From an uncultured delta proteobacterium (lineage in GTDB: Bacteria; Desulfobacterota; Binatia; Binatales; Binataceae), in NCBI GenBank assembly GCA_963808235.1, contig CAWEEQ010000004.1:781084-845083 (forward strand): 64,000 bases of DNA, given 5' to 3'. Below the pieces are notes generated by a model, which was given only the letters and a program-made list of their open reading frames with translations, was not told the origin of the DNA and searched no databases. Position numbers and translations under genes: made by a program. This document shows, piece by piece, positions 58,083-64,000 of the stretch; within the stretch, counting starts at the first letter, position 1; each line of letters opens with the position of its first letter.

Positions 58083-60323
58083 ATGGCAACGGAAAAGGCC
58101 TTGGGCCTGCGCGGGCTGCCGCTTGTCGCGACGGTCGGACTGTTTCTTATGCTGCTCGGTCACGGCCAGGCTTACGCGGCGGGTCCCATCCACATTAATG
58201 CGCCGGCCCCGGACGCGGTCGTCTCCGACATGGTGACGACATTGGTTCGGATCAAGCCGCAGGTCGCTCGGGTAGTTTTCCTGCTTGACGGCAACCTGTT
58301 GGCGTCGACTTCGTCCACCAGCTACACGTGGGATTCGGCGACGGTTGCGAACGGTATGCATACCATCGCGGCCAGCGCCTATACTTCATCCAATCAGTTG
58401 CTGCGCACTGTCTCCGAGCGAATCAGGATTGCGAACAAGCATAAACCGACTCCAACCCCCACTCCGACCACCACGCCGACTGTTACTGCCACTGCCACGA
58501 CCAACCCCACACCGACCGCGACTGCCACCTCGACACGGACGAGGACTCCAACTGTCACCGCGACGACGACCGCGAGTGCCACTGCGACACGAACGGCGAC
58601 TGCGACTGGGACACGAACGGCGAGCCCGACCCCGACTGCGACGTCAACGCCGGGCGGATGCGTCAGCATCACGGCACCGGCTCCCAGCGCGACCGTCAAT
58701 GGCATCGTGGCCATCAACACCAACGACACTTGCTCAAGCGCCTGGTTTGAATCGCTCTACGTCGACGGTGCGCATGTTGCCGATTTTCCGGTCGGACAGA
58801 TCATGTTCACGAGTACGAACTACGCCAATGGAATGCATACCATCCAAGTGACCAGCCAGAGCACCAATCCGGGTTCGGTCCAGCTTGGCAGCGCGTCCGA
58901 AGCGTTGAACGTGCAGCCGGGCGCCACGGCCACGCCGACATCAACCGCGACGCCAACGGCGACCTCCACATCGACTTCGTCGGTCCAGCCGACCCCGACG
59001 GCCACGTCGACGCCCAACGGCTCGACGTTCTACGTATCGCCAACCGGTAGCGACTCGGCGTCTGGCAGTTCGGGCTCACCATGGCGCACGATTCAGAAGG
59101 CAGCGGACACGCTGCTGGCGGGACAGACTGCGATCGTATCGGCAGGCAACTACGGCGAGCGCGTCTCGATCTCGCGCTCCGGCACGTCGTCCAGTCCGAT
59201 CACCTTGCAGGTCGCAAGCGGTGCGGATGCCCAACTCCTCGGCTTCGATCTCACAGGCAGCAACTGGGTTCTGGACGGCTTTGACATCTCGACCCAGACC
59301 AATGGCAGCGAAGGGTACGGGATCCACGTAGACGGTTCGGCCTCGTATGACACGATTCAGAACACCTATATCCATGAACTCTGCCACGAGGGCATTTTCA
59401 TGGAGTCAGGGGTCTCGCACATCTCGGTGCTGAACAACCGCATCTGGCGGGCCGAGATGGCAGGTGTGCAGGCCGATGGCGTGTACGATCTGATCGAGGG
59501 CAACGAAGTCTGGGACACTCAGCAGTATGCGATGAATGCGGGTGGAATTTACTCGGTGTGCACGATTGCCGGCGGCGCCGATGCGGACGCGTTCCGCTTC
59601 TTCGGCCAACATAATGAGTTCCGTTCTAACTACGCACACGACATTTACCACGATATGCCAGGCGATCCGCATCCTACCAATCCCAATCCTCACACCGATT
59701 GCTTCCAAACTTGGGGGAACTCTGCAATGACGGTGAGCGATATTCTATTTGATCGCAACCTTTGTCGCTGGCCAGGAACTAATCAATTTCAGCTTGCAAA
59801 TATAAATTCTACAACGCTTGCAAACATTGGGGTTAATGAAGGCGCAGTAACTAACTTAACCTTTCAAAACAACATACTCTCCAATTCAGGACAGGGAATA
59901 GATATTGAAGGTGGCGTTGGTCCAGTAAACGCTTATAACAATACTTTTGTTCATATAGCGCAGGAAGGATTAGTTTGTAATGGCGCTCGTACATCAGCGG
60001 ACCAGATCATGAACAACATTTTCTACGATGTTGGCGATGGTGGTGATTCGTACACTTCAGGCTGTCAGAATTCAACATTCAATAATAATGACTTCTACAT
60101 GCCGGGCGGCGTCAGCGTCGGCACCTATCCGAACGTCGAGCCGTACCTGAGCCTCGATCCGTTGTTCGTCAACTTCGGCGACGCGACCGGCGGCGGCGGG
60201 GATTTCCATCTGCAGTCCGGCTCGCCGCTAAAAGGCGCCGGGACCACGGTCTCGACCGTCACCAATGACTACTACGGCACCAGCCGGGTGGGGGCAGCAT
60301 ACTCAGTCGGCGCCGCTCAATGA
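58083..60323 (+). CDS. secreted modular protein, paralog C: Ig-like domains, Thr/Pro linkers, C-terminal parallel beta-helix
   Basis: N-terminal half parallels B. C-terminal 400 aa parallels A (GSSGSPWRTIQKAADTL..., ...YGTSRVGAAYSVGAA). Conserved leader with GGGGGAG RBS before ATG 58083. Confidence 0.65.
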   Translation: MATEKALGLRGLPLVATVGLFLMLLGHGQAYAAGPIHINAPAPDAVVSDMVTTLVRIKPQVARVVFLLDGNLLASTSSTSYTWDSATVANGMHTIAASAYTSSNQLLRTVSERIRIANKHKPTPTPTPTTTPTVTATATTNPTPTATATSTRTRTPTVTATTTASATATRTATATGTRTASPTPTATSTPGGCVSITAPAPSATVNGIVAINTNDTCSSAWFESLYVDGAHVADFPVGQIMFTSTNYANGMHTIQVTSQSTNPGSVQLGSASEALNVQPGATATPTSTATPTATSTSTSSVQPTPTATSTPNGSTFYVSPTGSDSASGSSGSPWRTIQKAADTLLAGQTAIVSAGNYGERVSISRSGTSSSPITLQVASGADAQLLGFDLTGSNWVLDGFDISTQTNGSEGYGIHVDGSASYDTIQNTYIHELCHEGIFMESGVSHISVLNNRIWRAEMAGVQADGVYDLIEGNEVWDTQQYAMNAGGIYSVCTIAGGADADAFRFFGQHNEFRSNYAHDIYHDMPGDPHPTNPNPHTDCFQTWGNSAMTVSDILFDRNLCRWPGTNQFQLANINSTTLANIGVNEGAVTNLTFQNNILSNSGQGIDIEGGVGPVNAYNNTFVHIAQEGLVCNGARTSADQIMNNIFYDVGDGGDSYTSGCQNSTFNNNDFYMPGGVSVGTYPNVEPYLSLDPLFVNFGDATGGGGDFHLQSGSPLKGAGTTVSTVTNDYYGTSRVGAAYSVGAAQ

Positions 60324-60372
60324 TGGGCGCGGAGGAGATCGAAGATAGTCAATAGCTATAGTCAGAATCAGT

Positions 60373-61695
60373 TCAGAGCGACGTCCGGTAATAGTGAATC
60401 GATTGCCGCAACCCGCCTCCGAGGCGGGTGCGGATGTACCCCAGCATCTCATTCGTCAGCAGGTACTTGGGGCGCAGATAAACGCCGCCATTGTTGAGCG
60501 AGAACAGGATGCGGTGGAATTTCCAGTTGTTGAAATTGCGCAGCAGCCGGAACCGCGCCGATACTCCCAGCGTCTGTATCCCGAAAGGGAACTTGAAGCC
60601 AAACCAAAGCGGCTGAGAATTGATCGCCAGGTCGGGCTCGGTCGAATTGTCTATTTCCTCGAGCGAACCCTCCGCCAACCTGAACCTGACCGTCTTGTCG
60701 AGGTCGGGTATCTGAATAGTCACTGGACGGAGCATCCGTAGCAGGAGCATCGAGTATTTGTCGCGCATCTGCGCGGCAAGACCGTCGTAAGCGGCAACAA
60801 TTTCAGGCATCGATTTGCTCTCGACCGGATCGTACGTGCGCTCATCGACGCTCGGCAGTTGATCGAATCGCGTCAGCGCATCCGACGAATCGTGTTCGGC
60901 GCCAACTTCGTAGATATCCCCCGGATACAGCACCACTGCGCGCTGACCTTGGCGGCTTAAATAATTGGCGGCGTCGCGCGCGGAATTCGCAAAATTATTG
61001 ACGTACTTGTTGTCGAGGCTCGAAAAGTAGATGAAGCTCGCAAACGGGATTGTCGCTTTCGCATCCAGGCCGCGATGCACTGAAGATACATTTTCGAGAA
61101 TCTGCGCAGCTCGCTGCGGCAGAAATTTCTCATGCGGCTCAAAGCCGGCGTAGGCGGCCAGCGAGAACTGATTAAGGAGAACATCGACGCGTCCGATGTC
61201 GTGCAGGATGCCCTTGCATTCGCCGGCGCTGATGCGTGCGTCGTTGGCGTTGAAGATGACTTGTCCTTTACTCAGTACCGCCAGCGCGGAGTCCATTATC
61301 CCGGCGTGATAGCAATATACTTTCGTCGCATCGGGCTTGCTGCTCAGCGATACGATCATCCGATGCGGCAGCCGCTGAAATCGCTCATAGCCAAGCTTGC
61401 GAAACGCCGCGAACATCTTTGTGTAATCGCGATCCTGAAAGAGGATCGTCACCCGCGCTTTGAAGTCAGCCGGAAATGATCCGAGGGTCGGGAAGTGACA
61501 ATGATCGGGATGCTCGTGCGAGATCCAGATGTACTCGACCTTGTCGAGCACCGCCTGGTCGAACTTTGGTTCCGGCAGCAGAGTCCATGAGTCGTTGAAA
61601 ATTTTTCCGAATAGCCAGGGATCCATCAGGATCGACGTGTCGGCGCATTCCGCGACGATGCATGCATGTCCGACAAAGTGAATTTTCATGAGCAC
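60373..61695 (-). CDS. MBL-fold metallo-hydrolase (Lactamase_B_2/3-like) with C-terminal extension
   Basis: HFVGHACIV...DPW...ISHEHPDH motif set. 440 aa. Confidence 0.65.
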   Translation of the reverse strand: MLMKIHFVGHACIVAECADTSILMDPWLFGKIFNDSWTLLPEPKFDQAVLDKVEYIWISHEHPDHCHFPTLGSFPADFKARVTILFQDRDYTKMFAAFRKLGYERFQRLPHRMIVSLSSKPDATKVYCYHAGIMDSALAVLSKGQVIFNANDARISAGECKGILHDIGRVDVLLNQFSLAAYAGFEPHEKFLPQRAAQILENVSSVHRGLDAKATIPFASFIYFSSLDNKYVNNFANSARDAANYLSRQGQRAVVLYPGDIYEVGAEHDSSDALTRFDQLPSVDERTYDPVESKSMPEIVAAYDGLAAQMRDKYSMLLLRMLRPVTIQIPDLDKTVRFRLAEGSLEEIDNSTEPDLAINSQPLWFGFKFPFGIQTLGVSARFRLLRNFNNWKFHRILFSLNNGGVYLRPKYLLTNEMLGYIRTRLGGGLRQSIHYYRTSL

Positions 61696-62109
61696 TCTCC
61701 GGCAGATTCTGGAGGTCTCGCTTGGGCGTCTCTGAGTGTGGTTCCTAGAGCACGCCGCTTGCCCTAAAAGCGTAACATTAAAGTTTAGTCAAGGCAAATC
61801 AGTATAGGTCAATCTATTTAAAGTCACTCTCGATATTGACTAATTCTCAACTCACGTTAATTTAACTAGATTTTTGTTACTTGTGCTAGCTTCTAAAATC
61901 TGTTACTTTGGACCTAAGCCATTTGCAAGGGCCAGTGAGCGAGAAATGGTAAGAGAAACGGGATGTTTCAGGTCAATCTGGCCGTCAGTGTCGCAAACTT
62001 TGAACAAGGAACCGGGCTTGAGCGCTCGCAACATGCTTGAGCCGATAACATCTGTATCCAATGGGAAAGGGGGCGGCGTGGAGGAACACGGCCGCCGGGG
62101 GTTTAACCC
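61696..62109. promoter_or_regulatory. AT-rich divergent promoter region between the paralogous MBL-fold genes
   Basis: About 40% GC over 415 bp between divergently oriented starts. Confidence 0.45.
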
Positions 62110-63513
62110 GTGAAAGTGACCCTGGTTTCGCATGCTTCGGTGATAATTGAGTCACAAGGAGTCAGAATTTGGACTGACCCGTGGCTCACGGGCAAAGTCT
62201 TCAATGAATCGTGGTCGCTGTTTCCGCCGGCGGCATTTGATCCTGCGATGCTTGATTCGATCGACTACCTGTGGATTTCGCACATTCATCCGGATCACTT
62301 CCACATTCCAAGCCTGAATTCGCTTTCCCCGCAGTTCAAACGCCGGGTCAAGGTCCTGTTCCAGGACAATCACGCCGATCAACTTTTCGAAGTGATGAAA
62401 AAGTGCGGATACCAGAACTTCCAGGCGCTGCGGCATCGCCGGATGGAGTCTCTCAGCGAGCACACGTCAGTCTACTCCTACAGCGCCGGGACCCTGGATT
62501 CCTGCCTGGGCGTGATGGAGCCGGAAGGGGGCTTGTTCAACATCAACGACTCGCGGCTGAATGCGACCGATTGTCGTCGTGTGAAGTCGGACATGGGGCG
62601 GATAGACACGGTGCTGAGCCAGTTTTCGCTGGCGGTCTATAATGGTCTTCAACCGCGCGAATCTCATCTGCGCCGCGGCGCGGCGGCGATGTTGGAAAAG
62701 ATTTTCGATAATCACGCGAACCTGGGCGCCCGGATCACGATTCCGTTCGCGAGCATGATGCGTTTTTCGCTGGTCGACAATCGTTACATGAATGCATTTG
62801 CGAACCGTCCGCGCGACGTGTGGGAACATGCCGCCGTACGAGGTCTCGGGGTGGCGATCCTGTTCCCGGGCGACACTTACAATTCATCCACCAGCTACGA
62901 TTCGACCCAGGCGCTTGAAAAATACGACGCGGTCTACGAGACCATCGACCAGTTTCCCTACGACACGCCGGCGGCGGTCCCGCTGCAGCCGATCGAAGAA
63001 GCTTTCCACGAGATGGTACGCCATTTGCGTGAAAAGTATCCCGCGCCGATACTTCGGATGCTGCGCGGGGTGGTGGTGAAGTTGCCCGACCTCGACAAGA
63101 CCGTGGCGTTTTCGATTCCGGCCGACTCCTTCAGCGAAGTCGATTCGTCAGAGTCGCCCGACATCTTGATGTGTTCGCAGGCCCTGCATTTTTGTTTCTT
63201 CCGTCCGTACGGGCTGCAGACGCTCTCGAGCTCGGCGCAGCATACCGTGGTGCGCAACCTGGCGAATTGGCGGATCCATCGCGCGCTGTTCGCGCTGAAC
63301 AATGCGCAGGCATACGGCCGACTCCGCTATCTGCTTCGCCGCGACACCATAAGTTTTTTCGCGAAAAGAATTAGAGCCATGGTCCGTTACACCGACCTCA
63401 CCCACGCCCGGCTCAGATATCCGTACAGCTATAAGCCAAAGCATCACTCCAGCATCCCAACTGAGGCGGGGCAGGTAATGGGTCCGTTGGATCGATCCGG
63501 GCATTCGGAGTGA
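62110..63513 (+). CDS. MBL-fold metallo-hydrolase, paralog of 60373-61695
   Basis: LVSHASVII...DPW...ISHIHPDH. Full-length alignable to its neighbour. GTG start. Confidence 0.65.
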   Translation: MKVTLVSHASVIIESQGVRIWTDPWLTGKVFNESWSLFPPAAFDPAMLDSIDYLWISHIHPDHFHIPSLNSLSPQFKRRVKVLFQDNHADQLFEVMKKCGYQNFQALRHRRMESLSEHTSVYSYSAGTLDSCLGVMEPEGGLFNINDSRLNATDCRRVKSDMGRIDTVLSQFSLAVYNGLQPRESHLRRGAAAMLEKIFDNHANLGARITIPFASMMRFSLVDNRYMNAFANRPRDVWEHAAVRGLGVAILFPGDTYNSSTSYDSTQALEKYDAVYETIDQFPYDTPAAVPLQPIEEAFHEMVRHLREKYPAPILRMLRGVVVKLPDLDKTVAFSIPADSFSEVDSSESPDILMCSQALHFCFFRPYGLQTLSSSAQHTVVRNLANWRIHRALFALNNAQAYGRLRYLLRRDTISFFAKRIRAMVRYTDLTHARLRYPYSYKPKHHSSIPTEAGQVMGPLDRSGHSE

Positions 63514-63540
63514 GAAGCCTGAGATGTGAGAGTGACTGAG

Positions 63541-64000
63541 ATGATTGAGAAGAATAGGTACATTGCGATTACCCCGGCCCGCGACGAAGAGCAATTCCTT
63601 CCCGGGCTGATCAGCAGCATGGCGGCGCAAACGCGCTTGCCGCAACGATGGATAGTCATTGACGACGGCTCGGTCGACAGGACCGCGCAAATCCTTGACG
63701 GGGCGGCGCGGCAGTACCACTGGATCGAGCCGGTGCATCTCGCGCGAAATCGTCCCCGGCAAGCCGGCGGCGAATCGGTGATCATGCAGTTCCTGCCGCG
63801 CGAAGCATGGCAGGACGTCGATTTTGTCTTCCGGCTCGACGCCGACTTGAGTTTCGAGCCGCAGTTCGTGGAGCTGATGCTCAGAGAATTCGCCGCGAAT
63901 CCGAAGCTCGGAATCGCCGGCGCTACGCTCTACGAGCCGGCCAACGACAGCTGGCGTGCGGTGCCGGAGTTTCATGCGTTCCACACTCGCGGCGCCACCA
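63541..64000 (+). CDS. glycosyltransferase family 2 (3' partial)
   Basis: AITPARDEE..., VIDDGSVD (DxD-type GT-A N-terminus). Runs off the window end. Confidence 0.7.
   Translation, partial: MIEKNRYIAITPARDEEQFLPGLISSMAAQTRLPQRWIVIDDGSVDRTAQILDGAARQYHWIEPVHLARNRPRQAGGESVIMQFLPREAWQDVDFVFRLDADLSFEPQFVELMLREFAANPKLGIAGATLYEPANDSWRAVPEFHAFHTRGAT

Noticed and set aside
55775-60323. Possible CRISPR-like array suggested by short direct repeats
   Set aside because: The repeats are coding (TP linkers) or long gene duplications. There are no regularly spaced short repeats with unique spacers and no cas genes.
63148-63984. 278-aa minus-strand ORF spanning the end of the MBL gene and the GT2 start
   Set aside because: Antisense to two well-supported plus-strand genes with RBS and motifs.

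Overview
This is a high-GC (about 60-65%) bacterial chromosomal segment with no rRNA, CRISPR array, transposase or integrase visible. The first ~23 kb is housekeeping and accessory metabolism on both strands. It starts with a partial sensor histidine kinase and tRNA-Arg(ACG), followed by PPK2, an MFS transporter and a RelE/ParE-Phd/YefM toxin-antitoxin pair in inverted gene order. Next come secreted proteins, a 2OG-Fe(II) oxygenase and an HSL-family esterase. A 1145-aa protein follows, built from a double zinc ribbon, a class III nucleotidyl cyclase domain, a STAND/AAA NTPase and a TPR array. After it are a tandem EthD domain protein, an LLM oxidoreductase, a CPA2 antiporter, an SDR, and a class III phosphodiesterase-like metallophosphoesterase. 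A minus-strand run then couples ilvD to a secreted HExxH protein and an ABC-2 exporter. Small GFA, VOC, zinc-ribbon and TetR genes follow. tRNA-Arg(CCT) at 23.2 kb borders a block in which two paralogous universal stress protein genes bracket an RND efflux operon (permease, membrane fusion protein, TolC). That block ends in three small excisionase-family HTH genes. Two of them are paralogs with an identical 46-aa core despite about 30 synonymous nucleotide differences. From 32.5 kb to at least 53.4 kb lies a large same-strand exopolysaccharide locus. Its families are those typical of PEP-CTERM/exosortase-associated EPS loci: Wza, a Wzz-like chain-length determinant, an ExeA-like ATPase with LysM, a degenerate BY-kinase-like protein, a phosphoglycosyltransferase, Wzx, GT4, an O-antigen-ligase-like protein, a polysaccharide deacetylase and a FemAB-like protein. 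It also has WbpB/WbpD/WbpE homologs, a short nucleotide-sugar dehydrogenase, a Crp-family regulator and UppS. No exosortase or PEP-CTERM protein is visible in the window. The BY-kinase-like protein lacks the Walker A lysine and carries seven N-terminal pentapeptide tandem repeats. Downstream are three paralogous, domain-shuffled secreted proteins with beta-helix domains, Ig-like domains and Thr/Pro linkers, each with a conserved 5' leader and 3' flank. The window ends with a divergent pair of paralogous MBL-fold genes around an AT-rich promoter island and a partial GT2. The most interesting signals are the cyclase-STAND-TPR protein, the degenerate-kinase EPS locus with its shuffled secreted paralogs, and the purifying-selection signature on the duplicated Xis-like genes.
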